A stretch of DNA of 64,000 bases from Desulfatiglandales bacterium (GTDB lineage: Bacteria > Desulfobacterota > DSM-4660 > Desulfatiglandales > Desulfatiglandaceae): the NCBI GenBank assembly GCA_963662465.1, contig OY759599.1, positions 768,001-832,000 of the forward strand. Direction: 5' to 3'. A program made the position numbers and the translations under genes. Below the pieces are notes generated by a model. The model was not told the origin of the DNA. It saw only the letters and a program-made list of their open reading frames with translations, and made no database searches. Positions 9,040 to 18,142 of this stretch are shown here, one piece after another (within the stretch, counting starts at the first letter, position 1; each line of letters opens with the position of its first letter).

Positions 9040-12000
9040 ATGACGATCATAAAGGACTTGTTTGCCAACCCAATAGATCGGCACATCGAGGAAGTGATCA
9101 AAGTGGACCAGACCGATGAAGCGCTGGTCCAGGACGAAATCACGGAATACGTGGTTACCAAGTCCATCTGTGGGCATTACCGAGGCATCCTGGAGCGTTA
9201 CTGGGAAACCCCGAAAAAGCCCCACGAGGGCATCGGCGTCTGGGTGTCGGGTTTCTTCGGTTCCGGTAAATCCAGTTTTGCCAAGAACCTTGGTTTGGCC
9301 ATTGAAAACCGGAAACTCAAAAGCGAAGGGGCGGCATCGCTATTTGGAAAGCAAACCAGGGACGACGCCATTCAAGTGCTGCTGACCAACATCAGCGAGC
9401 ATGTGCCCACCCAGGCCGTCATCTTCGACGTGTCCACGGACCGGGGCATCCGTTCCGGAAACCAGACGATCACGGAAATTATGTACCGCCTTTTCCTGGA
9501 TCGGCTGGGATACGCCAAAGACCTGGATCTTGCCGGGTTGGAGATCACCCTTGAAGGGGAAAGTCGCCTGGATCTATTCAAGGAAATCTTTCAAAAACTC
9601 TATGACAAGAACTGGGATCGGGAAAAGGGAAAAGTGGCCTTTGCCATCGCCTGGGCCAGTCGGGTAATGCATGAATTGGAACCCGATACCTATGCCACCT
9701 TTGATTCGTGGAGCCAGGCGGCCAAAAATCGGGCCGACATCACCCCCAACCTGCTGGCCGAACGGTGTAAAATGCTCATGGAGAGACGTCGCCCCGGAAA
9801 AAGCCTGGCTTTCGTGATTGATGAGGTGGGCCAGTTTGTGGCCCGGGATATTCAGAAAATGCTGGACCTGCAGGCTGCTGTCCAGAGTCTTGGCCGCGTG
9901 GGAAGGGGCAAAATGTGGATCGTGGTTACCTCCCAGGAACGCCTGAATGAACTGGTTGGAGGGTTGGACGATAAAAGGGTTGAGCTGGCCAGGCTCATGG
10001 ACCGGTTCCCCTTGCAGGTGCATCTGGAGACTTCGGACATCTCTGAAGTGACCAGCAAGCGGATACTGTTCAAAAACGCATCGGCCGAAAAGGCCCTGCG
10101 GGAACTTTTTTCCACCCACCGGGGCAGGCTCACGGAAAATACCCGCTTGAGCGCGGACATCCGATTGCCCGAGCTTTCCACCGATGCCTTTGTGGACCTC
10201 TACCCCATGCTCCCCTACCAGATCGGGCTTATTATTCAGATTGTTTCGGGTCTTCGCACCCAGGGCGGCGCCGCACGGCACGTGGGCGGCGCCAACCGCA
10301 CCATCATCAAACTGGCCCAGCAGCTTCTCATCCATCCGGAAACGGCTCTGGCGAAAAAGCCTGTCGGCGCCCTGGTCCGTCTGGATCAGATTTACGACCT
10401 GGTGGCCGGAAATATCTCAAGCGAGATTCGAGGAAAAATATCGGAGATTAAAAAGGAGGTTCCCCACCCCCTGGCCCAACCCGTGGCCAAGGCCATTTGT
10501 TTGCTGCAATTCGTTAAAAGCGTTCATCGCACCGCCGAAAACATCGCAGCCACGCTACATGAATCTGTAGATTCGGATTCCAGGCTGCCCGAGGTTCGAG
10601 AAGCTCTGGAGGCCCTCAAAAAGGCACACAAGGTACGTGAGGGGGAAGACGGTTACCGTATCCCCACCCCCGCCGAAGACGACTGGGAGCGGCTGCGCAT
10701 GGGGTTGCCCGCGCCCAGGCACGGAGATGTGAACCGAATTCACAGCGATGTACTCAGCGGTTTCTGGCAACCACCACCGTCCCACAACCTCAAGGACACA
10801 AAACTGTTCAAAGCCGGTCTTACATTGAATGGTCGAGGCATTGTTGAAGGAGACATTACGGTTCATGTAGCACTGGCGGAATCTGGAAAGGAATTTGAAG
10901 CGCAGGCCGCTGAGATGCGGAAACGCAGCCAGAACGAGACCAGCGGCATCTTCTGGGCGGCGCCTCTGGATGACGCCATCGACCGGCAGACGGTTGAGAT
11001 TTTCAGATCCCGGGAAATGCTCTCTGCAAAGGGCCGTGGCGCCAAAACCAAGGATGAAACCGCTCTGGTGGCCGAAGAAAAGATTCGCCTTCGCCGTCAT
11101 GAGGACGAACTGAAGCGCCTTCTCCGGCAGACCTGTTTGAACGGGACCGTGTTTTTTAGAGGGAATGACCGAAGCCCCGGTGGCGAAGTGGAGACTCTGA
11201 AAAAGGCAACGGAAATCGTGATGGGCCAGGCCCTTCCCGATGTGTTTGATCGGTTTGAGGAAGCGGCGGCCCGCGTGAAGAAACAGGATCTGGACAGCCT
11301 TATGACCACGGAGAACCTGCGCGGTCTCAGCTCGGTGTTTGCATTGTTGGACCTGTTGCGCGATGAAGGGGGAAAAGCCGTTTTCAAAACCGAAGCCGAT
11401 CCACTGGCCGAGGTGCTGGCCAAGATCAAAAACCGTACCGATTACGGGGAGAATGCCGGCGGCAAATATCTGGAGAGCGCGTTTTCAAAAGAACCCTTTG
11501 GCTGGGACTTTGATGTGGTTCGGCTGCTGGCGGTTTGTCTGCTTCGGGCCGGCGCCATTGAAGCCACCAGCAAGGGGCAAATCATCCAATCCGCCCTGAG
11601 CGTGGATGCGAAAAACACCTTTTCCAGCAATAACCTGTTTCGCCAGACATCCTTCCGTCCCAAGGAGGTGTTTGATTTTACGGAACTCATCAAGGCCAAC
11701 GAAAATGTAAAGGATGTGTTTGGTGGCGACATCTCCGATCTCACCCCAACAGTTGCCGCGGAAACCATCCGTGAAAAGTCAGGGAAACGGGAAAAAGAGG
11801 TTCAGGACATGTATAACCTTCTGGTGGCCAATCACCTGCCCGGTTCGGAGATATTGGGGGAAGCCTGCGATCTCATACGGACCATCCGCACCGGCAGTGA
11901 AGAACAGACCATCCTGACCTTTAACAGCGCTTGCAAAGAATTGAAGGAAGCCGTCAAGAGAACGGCGGAACTGACCCACGTCCTCACCGAACCGGCGCAG

Positions 12001-12576
12001 GATGATATTAAAAGGGCGGGTGCGACCCTGACAACCCAGTGGCCTTTTCTGGCCGGAGAGCCGGATCTGGATGAGGCCTTCAAAGAAAAGGCGGAAACCC
12101 TCAAAGATCTTCTGGATCGAGAAACCTTCTTTCGGGAACTGTCGACCATTGATCAACATGCAAGGGAACTGAAGAAGGAGTACGAGAGACGATTTGTGGA
12201 AGCCTCGGCTGGCCGAAAGCAGGCATATACTGCCGTCATGGAAGATTTGGAGAAAACTCCCGGCTGGGAAAAGCTCACCGATGAACAGAAAAAGCTCATC
12301 AGCGATCCCATTGAGCCATATGTACTTAAGGACCCGGTGCCTTCCACGCCCATTCCCCAGCTTCGCGCCGATTGCGATGCGGCGCCCGGGCGTCTCAACC
12401 GGGTTGTGGAAGAAATGATGCGGATTTTGGATGGCAATCGGGTTATCAAGGTAAACGCCGCCAGTTTCTTTGCAGGCGGTGTGGAAACCGAAGAGCAGTT
12501 GGATGCCGCCCTTCAGGGTTTGAGGGAAACCTGTGAAAGCCACATCGGGGCTGGCAAGAAGGTGCTGATTCAATAA
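9040..12576 (+). CDS. brxC: BREX P-loop ATPase BrxC
   Basis: 1178 aa; EYVVT, Walker A GVWVSGFFGSGKS, Walker B FVIDEVGQ, VTSQE and DRF motifs. Confidence 0.92.
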   Translation: MTIIKDLFANPIDRHIEEVIKVDQTDEALVQDEITEYVVTKSICGHYRGILERYWETPKKPHEGIGVWVSGFFGSGKSSFAKNLGLAIENRKLKSEGAASLFGKQTRDDAIQVLLTNISEHVPTQAVIFDVSTDRGIRSGNQTITEIMYRLFLDRLGYAKDLDLAGLEITLEGESRLDLFKEIFQKLYDKNWDREKGKVAFAIAWASRVMHELEPDTYATFDSWSQAAKNRADITPNLLAERCKMLMERRRPGKSLAFVIDEVGQFVARDIQKMLDLQAAVQSLGRVGRGKMWIVVTSQERLNELVGGLDDKRVELARLMDRFPLQVHLETSDISEVTSKRILFKNASAEKALRELFSTHRGRLTENTRLSADIRLPELSTDAFVDLYPMLPYQIGLIIQIVSGLRTQGGAARHVGGANRTIIKLAQQLLIHPETALAKKPVGALVRLDQIYDLVAGNISSEIRGKISEIKKEVPHPLAQPVAKAICLLQFVKSVHRTAENIAATLHESVDSDSRLPEVREALEALKKAHKVREGEDGYRIPTPAEDDWERLRMGLPAPRHGDVNRIHSDVLSGFWQPPPSHNLKDTKLFKAGLTLNGRGIVEGDITVHVALAESGKEFEAQAAEMRKRSQNETSGIFWAAPLDDAIDRQTVEIFRSREMLSAKGRGAKTKDETALVAEEKIRLRRHEDELKRLLRQTCLNGTVFFRGNDRSPGGEVETLKKATEIVMGQALPDVFDRFEEAAARVKKQDLDSLMTTENLRGLSSVFALLDLLRDEGGKAVFKTEADPLAEVLAKIKNRTDYGENAGGKYLESAFSKEPFGWDFDVVRLLAVCLLRAGAIEATSKGQIIQSALSVDAKNTFSSNNLFRQTSFRPKEVFDFTELIKANENVKDVFGGDISDLTPTVAAETIREKSGKREKEVQDMYNLLVANHLPGSEILGEACDLIRTIRTGSEEQTILTFNSACKELKEAVKRTAELTHVLTEPAQDDIKRAGATLTTQWPFLAGEPDLDEAFKEKAETLKDLLDRETFFRELSTIDQHARELKKEYERRFVEASAGRKQAYTAVMEDLEKTPGWEKLTDEQKKLISDPIEPYVLKDPVPSTPIPQLRADCDAAPGRLNRVVEEMMRILDGNRVIKVNAASFFAGGVETEEQLDAALQGLRETCESHIGAGKKVLIQ

Positions 12577-12622
12577 GGGCACCGCCGGCTAAAATAAGAC
12601 GAAAAGAGGATGGGACCGGAGG

Positions 12623-12691
12623 ATTTGGGAAAAAGAATATGTATCGGGGGAAACCAAGTTTATTACTTTGTTCCCAGACAAGGAGACATAG
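12623..12691 (+). pseudogene. 3' remnant of a DUF6883-like gene
   Basis: Reads IWEKEYVSGETKFITLFPDKET*, resembling the (T)IW......TKFITLxP C-terminus of DUF6883; TAG lies 2 bp before the DUF4926 ATG. Confidence 0.45.
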
Positions 12692-12693
12692 AA

Positions 12694-12948
12694 ATGACCT
12701 ATCAATTATTTTCCCGCATATCTCTTGCGGAGGATTTACCTGAGTATGGCCTTCGGAAAGGAGATCTGGCGACCATCGTTGAGCGGCATGAAGGAATGCC
12801 CGGTCAGGAGACAGGCTATTCATTGGAAGTATTCAATGCGCTTGGGGAAACCATTACCGTAATTGTGGCAGAGGAATCCAAAATCCTTCCCGTCCATGCC
12901 GATGAAATTCTGCAAGTTCGACATCTTGAAAATGTTTCCACAATGTAG
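12694..12948 (+). CDS. DUF4926-domain protein
   Basis: LFSRISLAEDLPEYGLRKGDLATIVE...GYSLEVFNALGETI; AAGGAG RBS supports ATG 12694 over 12610. Confidence 0.8.
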   Translation: MTYQLFSRISLAEDLPEYGLRKGDLATIVERHEGMPGQETGYSLEVFNALGETITVIVAEESKILPVHADEILQVRHLENVSTM

Positions 12949-12951
12949 ACC

Positions 12952-12983
12952 GTAGGTTGGATAGAGCGGAGAGATACCCAACA
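12952..12983 (+). repeat. REP-like GTAG-headed imperfect palindrome
   Basis: GTAG GTTGGATAGAGCGGAGAGATACCCAACA: GTAG tetranucleotide followed by GTTGG...CCAAC arms, directly after a stop codon. Confidence 0.5.
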
Positions 12984-13044
12984 AAGGCGGGTCGGATGTG
13001 TTCGTAGCCTCAAAAGAGACCGAGGACAAAGGGGAAAAGGCATC

Positions 13045-13335
13045 ATGAAAAAAGAGCAAATTGTTTTATCCCTGAAGCGGTTCAAAACCCTGAAAGGACA
13101 GGAATACCAGATCAGAAGAATCGGGCTATTCGGCTCTGCCGTGCGGGATCGCATGAACCCGCAAAGCGATATTGATGTGGTCGTTGAACTGGAACGACAG
13201 GACCTGTTTGCGCTGATCGGCATCAAGCAGGATCTGGAAGATCAATTGCATCGGCAGGTGGATGTGGTGAGCTACAGAGAAGAAATGAACCGTTTTCTCA
13301 AAACCAGGATTGAAAAAGAGGCTATCTATGTATGA
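13045..13335 (+). CDS. MNT minimal nucleotidyltransferase antitoxin (MntA-like)
   Basis: 96 aa; exact GSX10DXD motif (GSAVRDRMNPQSDID) plus VDVV. Confidence 0.9.
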   Translation: MKKEQIVLSLKRFKTLKGQEYQIRRIGLFGSAVRDRMNPQSDIDVVVELERQDLFALIGIKQDLEDQLHRQVDVVSYREEMNRFLKTRIEKEAIYV

Positions 13336-13717
13336 TCGGGAACTGGTGCTGGAGATCGCGTCTCAAATCCATAATGCAACTCAAACCATTATGAGGCGGT
13401 TTGCAGTGATACAATCGCCTGAAGATTTCACAAGCTCAGAGGCCGGTATGGAAAAGCTGGATGGCCTCTGCATGCAGCTTATTGCCATAGGCGAGGGACT
13501 CAAAAATCTTGACAAAGTTACCGACCACGCCCTGCTGCTCCGTTATCCACAGGTAGAGTGGAAAAAGGCTAAGGGGCTCAGGGACATCATCAGTCATCAT
13601 TACTTTGATGTGAATGCCGAGGCCATATTTGAGGTATGCAAAATGCATATACCAGTCCTTGGTAAAACGATCGCAAAAATGATGGATGATGTCACCAGAC
13701 TTTCTGAAGGAGAATGA
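13328..13717 (+). CDS. HEPN (DUF86) RNase toxin (HepT-like)
   Basis: IGE...W...GLRDIISHHYF gives the RX4HXY motif; overlaps the MNT stop and the pglX start. Confidence 0.9.
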   Translation: MYDRELVLEIASQIHNATQTIMRRFAVIQSPEDFTSSEAGMEKLDGLCMQLIAIGEGLKNLDKVTDHALLLRYPQVEWKKAKGLRDIISHHYFDVNAEAIFEVCKMHIPVLGKTIAKMMDDVTRLSEGE

Positions 13718-16700
13718 TGGACAAGCAGACCCGAAACCTCATTCAGAAGGCCACCCAGGATGCCCGCAATCTCCTGGAATCCGAGTTCGGCGAACAGCTT
13801 GAAGGCGTGTTTGATATCCTTCCCAACGGACGGATTGCACCGGAACCAGGGAAACATTTGAACCCAGGACAATGCATCATCCGGAAGAAATTGATCGCTG
13901 CCATCGAGCATGAAAAAGCAGGGGGCGTTTCCGATGCCGAGGCCGTCAGCAATTATCTTCGGGAAGCGTCTTTTACCTGTTTGAATCGCTTTGCGGCCTT
14001 GAAGATGCTGGAGGCTCGGGGGCTGGTACAGGAGTGTGTGTCCAAGGGGGAGCAATCTTCCGGGTTCAAGGAATTCTGCGGCCTGGCGCCGGGCCTGCTG
14101 GAACTGCCCGACAAAGGTTACCGGCTGTATATCGAAAGCCTTTTCGATGAGCTTTCAACAGAGATCCGGGTGCTGTTTGACCGCCGGGATTTAGCGTCTC
14201 TTTTGTGGCCTGGGCGAAAAGCCTTTGATGGGTTGCTTGATATTTTGAATCGGGAAGAGATCGCGGGGGTTTGGGGCGAAGACGAGACCATCGGCTGGGT
14301 GTACCAGTATTTCAACAGCGGGGAAGAGCGAAAGAAGATGAGGGATGCATCAGCCGCTCCTCGGAACTCCCGGGAACTGGCCGTGCGCAACCAGTTTTTC
14401 ACTCCACGTTATGTGGTGGAGTTCCTGACCGACAACACCCTGGGGCGCATCTGGTATGAGATGCGACAAGGGGATACGGTGCTGAAGGATGAATGCCGGT
14501 ATCTGGTTCGGCGGCCGAATGAGGTATTTCTTGGGCCGGGTGAAAAAGCCCCGGCTGAGGATGATGGGGATACCGACCTTTCCCAGGAGGAGCTTCTCAA
14601 AAAAACGGTTTACATCGAACATCGACCAAAGAAAGACCCACGAGACATCAAAATCCTGGATCCCGCATGTGGTTCAGGGCATTTTTTGCTCTACGCTTTC
14701 GATTTGCTGGAACGAATCTATGAAGAGTCCTGGGGGGACAAGGAACTACCTCAGCCTGAGGCCACCGGCAGAATGCTACGAGAAGATTATCAAACCCTTG
14801 AGAACCTTCGATGCCATATCCCCAAACTGATCATTGAACATAATCTCCACGGCATCGACATTGACCACCGGGCGGTTCAAATTGCGGCACTCAGTCTTTG
14901 GATGCGGGCGCAGCGTTCTTGGAAACGGATGAGCCTGAATCCCCACGAGCGGTCGCAGATCAACAAATCGAATGTCGTGACCGCCGAACCTATGCCTGGT
15001 GAAGAGGACATGCGGCGGGACTTTACGGCCGGCCTTAAGCCACGGGTGCTGGGACAGCTGGTGGATGAGATATTCGAAAAAATGAAGTTGGCTGGGGAGG
15101 CGGGGGCGCTCCTGAAAATCGAAGAAGAAATTAAAGATGCCGTTGCGGAGGCAAAACGCCAATGGCTGGAAGTCCCGGAACCCGAACAGCAATTGCTGTT
15201 CCCCGGCGTGGTTGCTCGTAAACCCAGGCAATTGGAGTTCCGATTTGATGTAGAAAGTGTAAAGGAAGAAAGCTTCTGGAACCAGGCTGAGGAACGTATC
15301 CTAAAAGTTCTGAAGGACTATGCTGAGCGAGCTGAAAACGGGCATACTATCCGACGACATTTGTTTGCCGAAGACGCCGCACGTGGGTTTGCATTCATCA
15401 GCCTTCGCCTTAAGCGTTATGATGTTGTGTTGATGAATCCACCGTTCGGTGAAGCCACGTCTCTTGGGAAGGCATACATCGATGGTCTTTGCAAACGCAG
15501 CTCCAACGACATGTTCCAAACGTTCGTTGAGACTATGCTTTCTTTGACCTGGGAGGGTGGAAGAGTCGGCGTCCTCAGCGCTCGCACAGGGTTCTTTCTA
15601 GGCAATAGCGAGAACTGGCGTAGGGATGTGGTGTTTCGGAATCGTCTAACCTGTTTTGTGGATCTTGGCCTGGGAGTACTTGATGCTGCATTGGTCGAAG
15701 TAGCCAGTTACATCATCGAGCATGGGGAACCTGATTCAAGAGGGATTTTTGTCAACCGCCAGCTTTCGACCCGTGATAAGGAACCGGGGCTTATTGATTC
15801 AATAAGAAGGATAGAGACCGAGTTAAACGCGGATACGTTCATTGTCGAGCAAGGCATCATCTCCAAAGTACCCGGCTGTGTATTTGCCTATTGGGCACCG
15901 ACTCACTTCCTCAATAGATATGAATCAACCGGACTTTTCGGGGAAGTGGTTTCCAAAGTTCATCCAGGTTTATGCACTGGCAATGATTTCAGATTTGTTA
16001 GGTTAGGATGGGAGGCACCTTCCACCAATTTAGGACGGGGATACAGGTGGCAGAGGTTTTCCAAAGGTGGTGAGTATTCGCCCTTCTTTGATGACATTCA
16101 CCTAGCTGTGGATATGATAAGGAAAAGTGGAGCACATTACTACGGTATCCCTGGGGCTAGGTTTCAGAACATACGATACTATTATCTGCAAGGAGCAACA
16201 TATACAGTTCGGACTGCAAGTGCCTTCGCTGCCAAAGTCCTTCCCATGGACTGTATCTTTAGCCACAATGCTCAGAGTTGGTTTGTTAATTCAAGCGATC
16301 GGTGCTTGTTGTCGATAGCTTTCCTGTCCTGCAGGGTTCCTCAAGTTTTCTTAGAACTAGCCGTCGGTTCCGGTGATATTGCCACCGCAGGCAGTGCTGC
16401 TAGGCGTTACACAACGGCTGTTGTGGAAAGTGTCCCCGCTGATCCTATCGACCAAATCAACACTACTAGAAATAAAGAATTAGCGCATCTTTTGTTCACA
16501 AATCGCATTAAAGAATTTGCCCGCCTTGAAACTAGTTGCTTATTTGTTCGATTGTTTACAGGCTACAAAGCCACAGGACTTCATGAATCCGCTTTACATG
16601 CCACGATAGCTATGTTCGATGAAATTCTCTTTGCTTTGAAGTGGTCCAAAGAACTTGATGACGAAGTTTCAAAGGCATTTAGGATGAATGATGAAGAGGT

Positions 16701-18141
16701 TTCCTTTGTTGATGCTGAAATCGGTCCACATCCCTGGTGTTATACGAACAGCCCAGGGGAAAGGGAGGTCCACCGTCTTCTTAGTTGCTCAATAGAGGAA
16801 TTAATGCGCTTTTCTGTTGAAGGACAGGGTTCCAAGCGATGGTTCACAAAAAAGAGCTACTTTGTTGATCGACGTATCGAGATAGTCAGCCACATCTTAG
16901 AATCCTCCCCTAAAGGGATCGTTGATGCCGCCAAGAAGCAGAGAATAGTGTCCAATCTACGAGGTTTTGCTGAATCTGTCTTTTCGGAATGTATAGGAAT
17001 GCTCATGGGACGCTGGGATCTCCGTTTTGCCTTGGACCCCTCGCTTGTCCCTAAACTCCCAGCCCCCTTTGACCCACTCCCTGTCTGTCCGCCCGGAATG
17101 CTAATCAGCCCCAACGGCCTACCAGCCCAACCCAACCAAATCGTCAGTGAGGAATGGCTCCGCGCTCGCCCAGACGCAAACACCCTCCCACCCGATGGTT
17201 CCGTCCAGAACCCCACCATCCCGGATTCAGAATACCCCATCCGCATCTCCTGGGACAGCATCCTGGTGGACGACCCGGGTTTCAACAACGACCAACTCCA
17301 CCATGAGGACATCATTCGCCGCATCCGAGAAGTCCTGACCGTCCTCTGGAAAGACAAGGCCCAGGACATCGAGCAGGAGGCCTGCGATATCCTGGGTATT
17401 CCAGATCTCCGCACCTACTTCCGCAAAAACTTCTTCCCGGATCACATCAAACGCTACTCCAAAAGCCGCCGAAAAGCCCCCATCTACTGGCAGCTCTCTA
17501 CACCATCAGCATCGTATTCGATCTGGCTCTATTACCATCGGTTCACCAAAGACACCTTCTACCAGATACTCAACGAATTCGTGACTCCCAAACTCCAGTT
17601 TGAAGAACGGGAACTCACCAGCGCCCGCCAGCAATATGGCGCAAATCCCACCGCAACTCAGCGAAAAGAGATTGCGGCCCGGGAAACCTTCGTGGCCGAA
17701 CTCAAAACCTTCAAAGAGGAGGTGGCCCGCATCGCGCCGCTCTGGAATCCCAACCTGAACGACGGCGTCATCATCAACTTCGCCCCCCTGTGGCGACTGG
17801 TCCCTCAGAACCGCTCCTGGCAAAAGGAGTGCAAGAAAGTCTGGGACAAACTGGTCAAGGGTGACTACGACTGGGCGCACCTGGCCATGCACCTGTGGCC
17901 TGAACGGGTGGTCCCCAAATGCACCACGGACCGGAGCCTGGCCATTGCCCATGAACTGGATGAAATCCTCTGGGAGGAAGATGAAAAGGGTAAACGGAAT
18001 CCAAAAGACATTTCAAGAGAGACCCTGGAGAATCTGATTCAGGAACGCACCTCCATCACGGTCAAGGCCGCTTTGGAAGACCTGTTAAAAGCACCTGTCC
18101 CCACCGGCGCGACCCGCAAAAAACGCAAAAGGAAAACCTGA
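13714..18141 (+). CDS. pglX: BREX adenine-specific DNA methyltransferase PglX (BrxX)
   Basis: IGWVYQYF, QFFTPRYVV, motif I LDPACGSGHF, motif IV MNPPF, C-terminal HIKRYSKSRRKAPIYW and LNDGVIINFAPL. Confidence 0.92.
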   Translation: MMDKQTRNLIQKATQDARNLLESEFGEQLEGVFDILPNGRIAPEPGKHLNPGQCIIRKKLIAAIEHEKAGGVSDAEAVSNYLREASFTCLNRFAALKMLEARGLVQECVSKGEQSSGFKEFCGLAPGLLELPDKGYRLYIESLFDELSTEIRVLFDRRDLASLLWPGRKAFDGLLDILNREEIAGVWGEDETIGWVYQYFNSGEERKKMRDASAAPRNSRELAVRNQFFTPRYVVEFLTDNTLGRIWYEMRQGDTVLKDECRYLVRRPNEVFLGPGEKAPAEDDGDTDLSQEELLKKTVYIEHRPKKDPRDIKILDPACGSGHFLLYAFDLLERIYEESWGDKELPQPEATGRMLREDYQTLENLRCHIPKLIIEHNLHGIDIDHRAVQIAALSLWMRAQRSWKRMSLNPHERSQINKSNVVTAEPMPGEEDMRRDFTAGLKPRVLGQLVDEIFEKMKLAGEAGALLKIEEEIKDAVAEAKRQWLEVPEPEQQLLFPGVVARKPRQLEFRFDVESVKEESFWNQAEERILKVLKDYAERAENGHTIRRHLFAEDAARGFAFISLRLKRYDVVLMNPPFGEATSLGKAYIDGLCKRSSNDMFQTFVETMLSLTWEGGRVGVLSARTGFFLGNSENWRRDVVFRNRLTCFVDLGLGVLDAALVEVASYIIEHGEPDSRGIFVNRQLSTRDKEPGLIDSIRRIETELNADTFIVEQGIISKVPGCVFAYWAPTHFLNRYESTGLFGEVVSKVHPGLCTGNDFRFVRLGWEAPSTNLGRGYRWQRFSKGGEYSPFFDDIHLAVDMIRKSGAHYYGIPGARFQNIRYYYLQGATYTVRTASAFAAKVLPMDCIFSHNAQSWFVNSSDRCLLSIAFLSCRVPQVFLELAVGSGDIATAGSAARRYTTAVVESVPADPIDQINTTRNKELAHLLFTNRIKEFARLETSCLFVRLFTGYKATGLHESALHATIAMFDEILFALKWSKELDDEVSKAFRMNDEEVSFVDAEIGPHPWCYTNSPGEREVHRLLSCSIEELMRFSVEGQGSKRWFTKKSYFVDRRIEIVSHILESSPKGIVDAAKKQRIVSNLRGFAESVFSECIGMLMGRWDLRFALDPSLVPKLPAPFDPLPVCPPGMLISPNGLPAQPNQIVSEEWLRARPDANTLPPDGSVQNPTIPDSEYPIRISWDSILVDDPGFNNDQLHHEDIIRRIREVLTVLWKDKAQDIEQEACDILGIPDLRTYFRKNFFPDHIKRYSKSRRKAPIYWQLSTPSASYSIWLYYHRFTKDTFYQILNEFVTPKLQFEERELTSARQQYGANPTATQRKEIAARETFVAELKTFKEEVARIAPLWNPNLNDGVIINFAPLWRLVPQNRSWQKECKKVWDKLVKGDYDWAHLAMHLWPERVVPKCTTDRSLAIAHELDEILWEEDEKGKRNPKDISRETLENLIQERTSITVKAALEDLLKAPVPTGATRKKRKRKT

Positions 18142-18142
18142 T

